Below, one piece after another: positions 1 through 11,374 of a DNA stretch of 64,000 bases. The DNA lies in assembly GCA_001179505.1 (NCBI GenBank), contig CDMY01000405.1:186001-250000 (forward strand), given 5' to 3'. The number at the start of each line of letters is the position of its first letter. Position 1 is the stretch's first letter. The DNA comes from Vitrella brassicaformis CCMP3155. Lineage: Eukaryota > Protista > Chromerida. The translations under genes were made by a program, and so were the position numbers. The notes under the pieces were generated by a model, which saw only the letters and a list, made by a program, of their open reading frames with translations, did not search any database and had not been told where the DNA came from.

Positions 1-49
1 GGGTGGGTCGGTTGTGTGTGTGCGTGAGTGTGCAGGAGGAGGGGAGGGG

Positions 50-349
50 NNNNNNNNNNNNNNNNNNNNNNNNNNNNNNNNNNNNNNNNNNNNNNNNNNN
101 NNNNNNNNNNNNNNNNNNNNNNNNNNNNNNNNNNNNNNNNNNNNNNNNNNNNNNNNNNNNNNNNNNNNNNNNNNNNNNNNNNNNNNNNNNNNNNNNNNNN
201 NNNNNNNNNNNNNNNNNNNNNNNNNNNNNNNNNNNNNNNNNNNNNNNNNNNNNNNNNNNNNNNNNNNNNNNNNNNNNNNNNNNNNNNNNNNNNNNNNNNN
301 NNNNNNNNNNNNNNNNNNNNNNNNNNNNNNNNNNNNNNNNNNNNNNNNN
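50..349. other. Assembly gap (300 N)
   Basis: Run of exactly 300 N flanked by G-rich tracts. Confidence 0.99.
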
Positions 350-399
350 GGGGGGAAGGAGGGAGAGAGGGTGGGTGTAACAATGGGTGGGTGCATTAG

Positions 400-1598
400 T
401 TCAGTTAGTCAGCATGTGTGTGTGTGTGTGTGTGTTGCAAAACACCAGCATGACATCAAGTGGGTGAGTTGATGCAAAAAAGAGCGAGAAGGGAGGCTTG
501 CTATGCTAAGCTATGCTGCGCTTGGTTGCCTTGCTTGCCTTGCCTTGCCTGCCAGTCGCCACACGTGCACGCCGCACTACCATTCATTCATTCATCCATC
601 CATCCATGAGTCGGCGGTGTGTGTCTGTAGTACGTCACATCCATAATGCTGCGGCCATCCTCGCTACCCAATCGGCGGGAACCGAGGGGTGCCGTCGCAC
701 GATGAAGTTGAGGCACGTCAGGACACACTGCCTGCAGGGGAAACGAAGCCAGTGGTATGCATTATCGGCCAAGTAGGCAGGTAGGTAGGTAGTAGGCAGT
801 GATGGTGGACTGTGTTCTCGGCACAGGTAGACAGGCAGGCAGGTGGATAGGATGGGTAGCTAGTTGGGTAGCTAGTTGGTTGTACGAAGGAAGGAACTAT
901 GGGTAGACGTCGGTAGACGTCGGGCGAGCGATGCATACCATACACACAGACAAACATACATACATACGATAGAAAGACAAACAGACAGACAGACAGACGG
1001 CCTTTCCCTCGTTGACATCCATCCAATCCATCCATCCATCCATCCATCCGCCTGCCCTTCTGCCTGTCTGCCTGCGTGGCTCGCTGCGATGGGTATACAC
1101 TTGAGGAGTCGACCAGTCGGTATATATAGAGTATAGCGTGCATACCATACCTGCGATGGATGATACACAACCAATACATGACATACATACGTACGATCGA
1201 TCGATCAATCAATACACATTCACACACACACACATAGACAGACAGACAGACAGATACCCACCGATATATGCAAGTATGTATGTATGTCGCTGTCGCGCGC
1301 TACCTAAATGGGAAAGACTTCACGCACGCACAGACGGACGGATGCCTCTCTCCCTGCCTTCCTGCCGGTGCCAGTTGGTGTGCTGCGTCTGCCTGGTTGG
1401 TTGTTGAATGCCTCTGTACAAAAATCGACCTAAAGCACGTCCGTCACGTTGAGAGAAGGATGAAGCCAGGCAGGTAGGCAAACAGACAGAGGGGCAGGCA
1501 AGTTGGTGATTGGATTGTCTTGAGGGTAGACGTCCCCGCGCGCGCAGTGAGAGAGTCACATTATGCATCTAGATCGCAAAAACATACATAGTCAGACA

Positions 1599-1631
<33 letters not shown>

Positions 1632-2030
1632 GGCGCCAGACAGGCAGGCAAGCAGGCTGGGCAGACAGGCTCCCTCCACTCGTTCCATTCCATCCATCCA
1701 GTCTCTTGTTTCTCTCCTTAATTGGGCCATACATACAAAACAGACGTGCACACACTCCCACACCGATACACACGTACGCACACGGCCTTGTGTGTGGGTG
1801 TGGTCGTGTGTGCGGCATCCAGCCAGCCAGCCAGCCAGCCATCCTTCCATCCCCACACATACAGCTATGGGCTAAAGACATCCAAGCAGCCAAGCAGTGA
1901 GCTAGTTAGTGGCAGCCAGGCAGCCAGGCAGGCAGACAGGCAGACAGGGAGGGCGGGCGGGCTAGGGGCGGGGTAGGGTGATGGAATGGATGGATGGATG
2001 GAGAGAGCCTATCTCCCTCTCTCTCCTCTC
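400..2030. repeat. Microsatellite-rich non-coding region ((GT)n, (CA)n, (GA)n, (CAGA)n, (CCAT)n, (CAGC)n)
   Basis: Dense simple repeats, e.g. cacacaca-gagagaga at about 1596-1631. ORFs here translate to repeat-derived low-complexity peptides. Confidence 0.8.
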
Positions 2031-2041
2031 CGGCCATCTCT

Positions 2042-3871
2042 CTATCTGTCGCTCGGAGTGCGCTTTGGCTCGTTGGTCTGCCGGCCCTCCATCGCCCACC
2101 TGGCACACACACAAACACACACACGCAAACCAACCAGCCAGCTATGTCTGTCTCTCCACGGTGCCTCATGTAATGTTGGTGATCCATCCCTCCCTCCCTC
2201 CCTACCTGAGTATTTTCATGCAGGTGAAGAACCGCTCCTGGTCTGCGGGGTCCCGGAGGCACAGCAGCATGTACATCGGCCTGTCGTCATGGGTGTACTG
2301 GTACCAGCACACAATCACCACACGCAGAAAGAGAGAGAGAGAGACGTGCTGCTCGGCTTGCCTTTGGCGATCTATCTGTGTGTGTCCGTATCGCTGAGCG
2401 GCTGAGCGGCTGAGTGGGTGAGTGGCTGACCTGTATGCAGATGAGCCTGGCGAGGTCGTTGGAGGACATGGCAGTGGTGGGGTCGGGCAGCGACATCAGC
2501 GGCGGCATCTTCTTGTAATGGCGGTGGATCTCAACCATCTGATTGATATGCATGACGCGACGCGGGTTTGACGAGGGGTGGGTGGGTTTGCTGCTGTCTT
2601 TTGTGCCCCCTGTGAGTGATCGGACCTTAGTGATTTCGAAAGCGACGAGGGGGTCGGCATCCGCTGGGGCGTCCTTGGTCTGAACTGAGAACAACTGAAT
2701 GAGCCACACACACGCAGGCAGACACAGGCAGGCAGGCGTGTGAGATTGACTGAGATTGGATTGGCGTGTGATGGGTGGGAGTGGAGTGGAGTGCTCACTC
2801 TGAGTGCCCTGTCGATGGTGTATGTGGCGGGCTTGAGCTTCAGCGTGTGGTTGTCCACATACTCGCAAGACATACCGCCCATCACACTCTGAAGAAACGA
2901 CACACCGGTGCGGTAGCAATGCAACGCAAGCCACACATTTCGGCCATCACGCACTGCACTCTCTCGCTCTCTCTCTCTCTCTCTGTCTCTCATTGTTGCC
3001 ATATCACTCACCTTTGCGAATTCCTTGACCATTTCCTGCAGTTTTTCCTTCTCCCTCTGCTTGGCCTCCGCAGTCAGCTTCGCCCTATCCACCACCTTGG
3101 CGTCACCATTCGTACCACCAGCCATGCCACCGCTCCGAGCAGCAGCCGCACCCCCGCCCACCGACGCCCCGATGCCGCTCACAGCCGCCCCTCCGTCACT
3201 CACCCCCGGCTCCGGCCCGTGTGTGGAGGCGGGTTTGTGAACCTGGGGCATCTGTGTCTGTGGGAGGGCGGCAGTGTTGATGGCGTATGGTGGTGCGCCT
3301 GTGGGGACGCCCCTGTCTGACGGGGGAGGGCTGCCTAGGAGGGGGATGCGGGTGTCTGGCGGGGGCTGGTGCTGCGAGTTGAGGTCCTGCAGATTGGCGG
3401 TGTTGGGGACGTTGACGTTGTTGCTGTTGAGGGCATTGTTGGCTGTGGTGGTGTCCTTGTACTGAGAAAGCTTGGTGTCCGCACCCACTGCTATCTGATC
3501 GACGGACGGACGGAGGGAGGGAGGCCACGCCACACACAGACACAGAGAAGGAAAGAGAGAATAGAATGACCAACCAGGTCATTCATCATTTGCATGCAAT
3601 CTCACAGGCAGGCAGGCCTCTCTGCACTGATATGGCCACCCTCCCTCCCTCCCTCCCTCCCTCACTCCCTCCCTCACTCCCTGTCCCTCGGTCTGTCTGT
3701 CTTTCTGCAGTGCACTGTCTGCACTGCAGTGCACTGCCCGCACCCACCCACCTGTTCCCTGCCTCCCTCGTGTATCTTGGGGTCTTCGACGCCCGTGACG
3801 ATTTGCGTACTGGCCTCATCCCGCATAAACTCAGCGCAGCACGACGACTCGCAGCACAGAAAGGGCCACAT
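2042..3871 (-). CDS. IMC sub-compartment protein (ISP)-like PH-fold protein with N-terminal Cys pairs, 7 exons
   Basis: Hand-spliced exons 3871-3752, 3494-3012, 2888-2799, 2694-2626, 2538-2431, 2297-2206 and 2099-2042, all GT-AG and frame-consistent. Protein: MWPFLCCESSCCAEF..., Pro/Gly linker, then EKEKLQEMVKEFAKSVMGGMSCEYVDNHTLKLKPATYTIDRALRLFSV...ERFFTCMKILRWA. This resembles the ISP-C/PH-like domain family of alveolates (recognised from memory). Confidence 0.7.
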
Positions 3872-4300
3872 GGCGTCCAAGGCGCACACCCGTCGACAGA
3901 GGGTGTTGAACAGTCCGGGCTGGTCCTCTTCGTCGGTGGGACGAGCCGCCAACCGCTGGTGGCGATGCCGACCCGCCAGCCTGACTCCGGTGGTCCTCGC
4001 ACACTATAAACAAACCCCACTGAGCTGAGTCGACGCCTCACTTACACAAAGAAACTCTCCTTGCTCGCGCCGCTTCCTGTCCAGAGGGCTCTGCAGTGAG
4101 CTTCCCCACGCAGCGCAGGTCTTTCCACCTTCCCTCTCCTTCCCTTGGCGCGTCGAGCGTCTGCGAGCTCGCTAACGGCGCGATCCTTCCCCGAGGCGTG
4201 TTCTGAGGCAGCTAAGGCCAGAGTAGATGCGATGAGATGAACTGACGTGGGGTTTTGATCGAATCAACGTTCCCCAAAGATTTTGGAGTGGAGCGGCGTG

Positions 4301-7300
4301 ATGACCGGCATCGATAGAGACGAAGAGCCTCCAGAGAGCGAGAGCAACATCCCCACAGCAGCGTGCAACGCCGAGGAGGCGCTGCGGCAGTCGGCCTTCG
4401 CGCAGATCTCATCTCTGTCGGTCTATGCCCGGCTGCAGCGGACGAGCGGCGCCATCGACGACGCCACCTGGCAGCGGTTTGCACACCAGCTCGACGACCT
4501 GCGCAGGGACATGCTGCTGATGCATGGCCATGATGACAATGCCCAGAATGATGGTGACAACGACAATGGCGCCACGATGGTGGACAACGGCGTGTCGACG
4601 TCGATCTGTGAGCCGATGCCCGAGCCGTATGGGAGCCAGCAGCTGCCCACGCGCCGCGTGGTGAAGCTGCCGTCGAACAAGACGGCCCTGGGGATGGGCA
4701 TGATAAGCACCCAGACGGACCTGCACTCGGTGGAGTCGTCGCGAGTGGAGGTCGGGTGGGTGCAGTGGCTGATGATGATGTTCCTGCACCCCAAGCACTT
4801 CGAGAACCTCACTCCGGCTCTCGAAGATGTACGTGGACGAGAGGGGACAGGGGAGGGGCCATGTGGATGGATGGATCGATGGACAACAAGCAAGGTGTGT
4901 TGTCCTTCGTTGCGTGTGTGTGTGTGTGTGCAGGTGGTTGACTTCATGGTGCACGGGACCCCGCTTGAGACGTGGTGGGTGCGTATTGCGGGGCTCAGCT
5001 TCTACCCTCACGACAGCAGGCTCGTCCGGCAGATATGGCCCATCATGATCCACCTCATCCTTTGGTGAGTGAGCAACGACCGACGTGTCGCACGTGTGGT
5101 GGGTGTCCATTGGCCATTGATTGACGCCTGTCACGCCATGCCGTGTCTTGTGTGACAGGCACGGCGCGATATGCAACGGTGTGGTCTTCTTCTTCTCGGC
5201 AATCGACCCCATGTGGTGCGACCGGAACTACGACTCGGACCTGTGTGAGGGGACCGACCTGCTCCTGCTCTTCATGTTCTGGTCCATCAGCCTCGCCGTC
5301 GCCGTGGCCTACACCGTGCTGCGCGTGCAATGGGTGGGTGGGTGAGGCAGTGCAGTCAGTCGGGGATCTGATCAGGCAGCTCAGCTTGCAAATGAGCAGC
5401 ACAGCACATCCGAGAGTGTGTGTATTCCATTGTGTGTGTGTGTGTGTGTTCAGATATACCGTGGGGACGCCTTCCTGCACGCGTTGGATTTTGTGCGGAG
5501 CGAGTGCAACGAGGCGAATGTGCTGCACCGCCTCAAGAAGGATGTGAGGGCCAAGTTCGCCTGGACGGTCGTCTTCACCTTCCTCTTCTGGAGCTACTTC
5601 TTCTACATCGTGAGAGAGGCGCACAGCACACGCGACACACATCTGATCTGCACAGACGAGACGAGCATGCCGCCCGCCGCATATAAGCTGTGTCCACGTG
5701 GTGTGTGTGTGTGTGTGTGTTAGGGCGTGATTGATCGTGCCTTGGTGTTGTCCGACCGGCACAAGAAGTACTTTGCCATCTTCCCCGGGATGCACAACGC
5801 GCCCCAGTGGCTGTTAGAGCTCAACGGCTACCTCCTCGAAATATGCGGCACCCTCTTCGAGCCATTCATTGGCATGGTGAGCCTCCCCCCCCCCCACACA
5901 CACACACCCCTCTGTGTCCATCTTTTGACGACTGATCGGTTCAGACCGTGGCGGCTCAGACGGGGATTATCTGCGTGATCCACCGATCGTCGTTCAACGT
6001 TTTGATGTACCACATGATGAAGCGGGACAGGCACATGCAGATGCACGCCCGCGCGCAGGAGTACAGCAGCAGGCCGCCCATGGCCATGGCGCTGACGGTC
6101 CCGCAGCTGATCGAGATGCACCGGTCGCTCGACGGCATGCTCAACCGCAGCAGCCTGATCTTGCAGGCGCCCATCACGGCCATGGGGGCCCTGTACTTCG
6201 TGTCCTTCCTCAGCTGTCTCTTCCTGATACTGTTCCGTGAGCCGAGCTCCAACGGGCTGGATGTTTTCTTCATTGTGGTGAGTTCAGTTCAGTCAGCTCC
6301 CTCATGAGACACACACACACACATACATGGATGAGATGAGTCTGTCGGTCGACTCATCGGTGTGTGTGTGTGTGTTGATGTGTTCTTCAGTTGGGGATAT
6401 TTTTCACCGTGGGGCTTTCCACGTACTGGATACTGTCAGACACGGCCAAGGTGACGGCCAAGTGTGCACGGCTCGCTGAGATCGCCTCGTTTGCATCACG
6501 GTATGCAGCACACCACACCACAGCACAGCACAGCAAACAAATGAATGAGCCAGAGAGAAACAAAGACCACCATGCCCCATTTCTCTCTCTCTGTCCGTGT
6601 CTGTGTCTCTGTCTGTCGGTCTCTGTCTGTGCAGGCACTACTATCTGTGCGGCGGCACTGAGAACCGCCCCTCCCTCCCCACGCCCGCCTCCTCCCACGC
6701 CCCCACACACGCCATCGTCAGGGACCTCACTCTCTCCAAAGCCGTGGCCGACTCCATCATGCTCGCAGCAGCCACCCCACGCTCATCAGAGGCACCCAGC
6801 AGGCAGGCCACCGCCGACCTGAGCATCACTTTCCCCACCAACGGCTCGACCGTGGCCGCGCCCGAGCACTCCCGCACCAACATAAAGCGGTCCTTCTTCG
6901 TCTTGCGGCCGTCGGTCGCGCGGTTGATGCGGGCGTGGAGGCGACTGCGTAAGGTCAAGAGTGCAGAGCCCAGGAAGATCGAGATCCAGTCGCGCAGCAG
7001 GAGGGCGGGGGAGGAGGATCTGGAGTCCGGGGTGCTGGGTGACATCCCCGTGAGGGACGACAGCTGCGCGCTGTCGTACACGGCCTTTGTGCGGGAGAGC
7101 GATGCGGGCCTGGGGGGCGTGTGTGACGGGATGGGGATGGGCGGGGGCGGAGGGGTGTATAATGTTGGGCGGCCTGGGGTCAAGCCCGCGAGTAGTGGGT
7201 GTGACATAATGCATGAGGCCATGGAGCAGCTCCTGCTCGTCCAGTACTTCCGCGCCTCAAGTAAGAGAGAGCACATGAGAGAGCACACAGACTGACAACA

Positions 7301-7509
7301 CAGCACAGCCCCAAGGAAGCAAAAACGACATTCCCTCCCACTCCCACTCCCCCGCCCCTCTGTGTGTGTGTGTCTGAATCATCCGAATGTTGTCAGATTC
7401 TGCGTGGCGAGTCTACGGTGTGGAGATGACATCCAGTCTGCTGGGGAGGATTCTGTACACGGTCGCCGCGCTTGTTGCAGTGGGGCTGCAGAGGGCGCTG
7501 TCTCTCTAA
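4301..7509 (+). CDS. Seven-TM gustatory-receptor-like (GRL/7TMIC) membrane protein, 9 exons
   Basis: Exons 4301-4828, 4934-5064, 5159-5333, 5454-5609, 5724-5876, 5945-6277, 6391-6500, 6635-7260 and 7397-7509 splice in frame. No signal peptide, a long soluble N-terminus, seven hydrophobic segments, long loops at TM4-5 and TM6-7. C-terminus QLLLVQYFRASNSAWRVYGVEMTSSLLGRILYTVAALVAVGLQ resembles the TM7a/7b pattern of GR/OR/GRL/DUF3537 proteins. Confidence 0.7.
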
Positions 7510-8741
7510 ACAAGGAGAGGGGGGGGGACAAAGGGACAAACTGACTGGGGTAGTGGAGAGGGGAGAGGGGAGCGAGGAGAGAGATGATCAGTCACTTTGT
7601 CATTTTTGTCTCTTCTTGTTGCTCGTGGGCCTCTGTGTGGGGCGTGAGTGTGTGTGGTGCGTGTGTCGACATCTCATATGAGTGAGTGAACCGAGCGAAC
7701 GATTGATTGGTTCAAAGCGTGTGTGTGTCGTAGTGAGAGTGCGTGCGTGTGCGTGTGTGTATGTGAGGTTTTGTGGCTCGCGTGTGCGCGCGTAGGGTAC
7801 ACAGAGAGATTATTTCTTTGTGGTGGTTTATCCGGGGATATCTGCGGTGTGTGGTGTGGTGTGGTGTGGTGTTCCGTTTGTTGTCTCTCTTTGTTAGGTA
7901 GGGCTGTTGGCTGCTGAGTCATCGCTATTTCTTTGGCCGGGTGGCGGGCGGGCGGGCGGGCGGGCTTTGTACCTCCTGTGCAAAGATGGAGGGATGGCTC
8001 CATGGCTGACTGCACCACTGCAGCCAAGCCAGATAAATGGCAAGATGAGATGGATGGATGGATGGATGGACGGACGCATTTGAGCGGTCCGTCCGTCCCT
8101 TCGTACGACGATGGATGTGATGTGTGTGTGACGACTAGTCCATGTGGTGCATGATTCATGTCTGTGTGCCGTGCGTAGCACAAAGCATGTGACTGACATA
8201 CAGGTCTGTCTGTCTGTCTCTCTGTGAGTGAGTGCGTTCGTTCATTCGTGAGTATGTGCGTGTGTGCGTGTGTGAGTGGGTGTGGGGCATTTAATTTTAT
8301 TGAGGAGTGAGTGAGTAATGCGCGATGCGCATGTGGGGACGGACTTATGTAGCTGACCGTACTTGATGCAGTGCTCTCTCTGTCCTTGGTGTGTGACGAT
8401 ATTCTGATGGATGGATGGATGGTTGGACAATCTCTCTCGTGTCTGCCAGACAGACAGACAGCCCTATCGGCGGGTGGCAAGTTGACTGACTGATTGCTTC
8501 ACTTGAAAGAGGGCGCCGCCCATGATATATACGACAGATGGGAAAGAAGAGCTTCATACGCTCCGCCGGTCGGTGCACACACGTGTCTGTCTGCAACGCA
8601 GCCACACACCCACTCGCACACCAGTCCACTCCTACCCATCCCCTCTCCTCTCCCCTCTCCTCTCCTACACACACACCCCTGCCCCCTGCCAATCAAGCCG
8701 TCAACGCAACGGCCACTCATCCACCGATCCCTGTGTCGTGT

Positions 8742-9795
8742 CTACCGTGCGCTCAGCCGTGCGCTTCTAACAACAGTGGCCTCGCGAGAGACCCACTGCA
8801 CGCCGAGCACCTTGGGCTCCTTGACCGGGGCGGCTCGCACGCCCTCCTCGCCCTCGCCTGGCTCCTCCTTCACCTCCTTGCCCTCCTCCGCCTCGACGGC
8901 CTCGAGTGTCTGTGTATAGTCGCCGACGAGCTGGTTGCCGTTGAGGAAGACAAAGACGCCCTCGCCGTTGGGCTTGTTGTACCGGTAACCGCCCACGTAG
9001 AAGATGCCTGAGTGTAGGTAGGTGTGTCGTGTGTTGGCTGGGCTGCTCGTGTGGGGTGGGTACCTTACCGGTTGGGAATATCCATCGTCCCGACTGGAAC
9101 CTGCCGTTGGCCCACGTGCCCTCGTACTTGGTCTGAACACACACGACGACACACACACACACACACACATATTAGAGAGGACCTCAGTCTTCACCCAATC
9201 CCATCCACCGACCTGGTCCTTGGCGAAGGTGTAGTTGCCCCATCCGTGTTTCTTGCCCTCCTTCCAGTCGCCGCTATACACGTCACCGTTGGCGTAGTGG
9301 AAGGTGCCCGACCCCTCGCGCAGGCCCTGCACGTACTCGCCGTAGTACCGCCCGCCTCGCTTCGGCTTGGCCTCCTCGCCCTCCTCCTCACCGGCCTCCT
9401 CCTCGGCCGCCGGCGGCTTGTAAGTCAGCCGCCCCAGGCCCTGCTTGAGGTTCTCGTGGAAGCCACCGATGTACTTGTCGCCGTTCTTGTACACATACGA
9501 ACCTGCAGTGCATTGCATTCAGCACATCACACATCACATAACGCGCCAGACGAGAGAGAAGGGAAGGTCTTGTGTGGGTTTGGTAGGTAGGGGGCTTCTC
9601 CTTTGTTTGTCGCATGCACCCACCTTTGCCCTGTCTGATGCCGTCGTCAAAGTCGCCCTCGTAGGTTTCGATGACCTCCTCGTCGAGCTTGTAGGTGGCC
9701 TTGCCCTTGCCCGTGAAGCCGCGGGAGCGGGTCAGCAGCCCCTCAGCCGTTTCAAGCGTGTAGGGCGGCGGGGGGGCCTTCTCCTCCTCTGCCAT
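8742..9795 (-). CDS. RSPH1: MORN-repeat protein, radial spoke head 1-like, 4 exons
   Basis: Exons 9795-9624, 9502-9213, 9132-9069 and 9007-8742. Tandem MORN repeats (YEGDFDDGIRQGKG, YIGGFHENLKQGLG, YYGEYVQGLREGSG, YSGDWKEGKKHGWG, YVGGYRYNKPNGEG) and an acidic tail. Confidence 0.8.
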
Positions 9796-10138
9796 CGCCA
9801 AAGGATCTCAATCACTCGAATCAATCGCGAAGACTGCCAGTGAGCCGAGCATTTACATCAGACAGGAAGCGCCAAAAGTCGTTCTTGTATCGTTCTATTC
9901 GTGACACACTCCACACAGTTATCGCCCAGCATGGCGTGACTGCCCCTGATGCCTGTAGTTATCGTCGGTGGCGCAGGTCACATCCCATTGTGTTCACTTG
10001 TTGTGTGCTGCAATCGGACAAACTGCCGGTGCTTTCTGCAGCGGCCGACTTTCTTCTGTCAGCACAGGCAACACGCACTGAGTGGCTTGCCCTCAACCCA
10101 TTCTTGCCAGACAGTCGGACAGGGGAAGACGACGAGCT

Positions 10139-10438
10139 NNNNNNNNNNNNNNNNNNNNNNNNNNNNNNNNNNNNNNNNNNNNNNNNNNNNNNNNNNNNNN
10201 NNNNNNNNNNNNNNNNNNNNNNNNNNNNNNNNNNNNNNNNNNNNNNNNNNNNNNNNNNNNNNNNNNNNNNNNNNNNNNNNNNNNNNNNNNNNNNNNNNNN
10301 NNNNNNNNNNNNNNNNNNNNNNNNNNNNNNNNNNNNNNNNNNNNNNNNNNNNNNNNNNNNNNNNNNNNNNNNNNNNNNNNNNNNNNNNNNNNNNNNNNNN
10401 NNNNNNNNNNNNNNNNNNNNNNNNNNNNNNNNNNNNNN
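10139..10438. other. Assembly gap (300 N)
   Basis: Exactly 300 N. Unlike the other gaps it is not flanked by a G/C homopolymer. Confidence 0.99.
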
Positions 10439-10877
10439 GCACGTGCGTGTCGAGTGGGTGGGTGGGTGGGTGGGATGGGGAGACAGGCCGTGTGCATGCT
10501 TCTGTGCATGTGCATGCTGCTAGTTTAGTGCGTGACCTGGACAGGATCCCCTCGGGGTTACAGACACGAGTCTCGTTAAACACAATAACCAACCAACCAA
10601 AAGTCACTGTGTCACAGGCTACACACGTCTGCACAACCGCCCAGCCATTTACCCACCCATCCCTTCCCCCCATCCATCGAGTCAGTCACCGGCAGCTGTG
10701 GGTGAGAGTGGTTGCTCCGACAGATCAGTCACCTGCAGCCGCCTCTCATTGATGATGAGAGACGACTACGGGTGAGCTGTCAGTGAGTGAACACCCCACA
10801 GCCACGACAGAGCCAGCGCATTAGCTATCCACACACCGCTATCGAGAGACAGACATACATGGCTACCATTCCACCCT

Positions 10878-11341
10878 TCAATGGGACACCTCGCCGTCAG
10901 GGAGCACCTCATCTGGTGCCATGCACACACACCACACACACGCGCTTCTTCTGCCTCGTCAATCCTCGTTATCCCTTCCTCAATCACTCACCGACGACGA
11001 TTCGGTAGTGCACGGTGAGCTGGCCGCCTGGGGGGAGCAGTGGGCGGCTCATCGGCTGCCGCTGCTGTTGCTGTGGGAGGGAGGGCAGCGCGTCTGGCCC
11101 GAAGAGCAGGTGTCCGCCCCCCTGCGGGCCGCACGCCATGTACTGCTTCCGCACACGCGATAGGGTAAGCTGCACATACAGACAGGGAGAGAAGGAAGCA
11201 AGCAAGGAAGAACACCCGTCATCAGACTATCATCAGCCATGCACCCATCGAGCATAGACACGCATGGATCTGATAAACACTGATCACACCAACCTTCAAC
11301 ACATCCCCCTCGGCTGTTCTCGCCGCCTGCACACAAACACA

Positions 11342-11374
<33 letters not shown>

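Noticed and set aside
3-472. ORFs spanning N gaps (also at about 10.1, 33.9, 38.1 and 51.3 kb)
   Set aside because: Their length comes from X-translated N runs, so they are not evidence of coding.
625-776. Minus-strand exon-like frame (RQCVLTCLNFIVRRHPSVPADWVARMAAALW)
   Set aside because: Protein-like, but no partner exons, start codon or family could be established; it may belong to a gene broken by the first gap.
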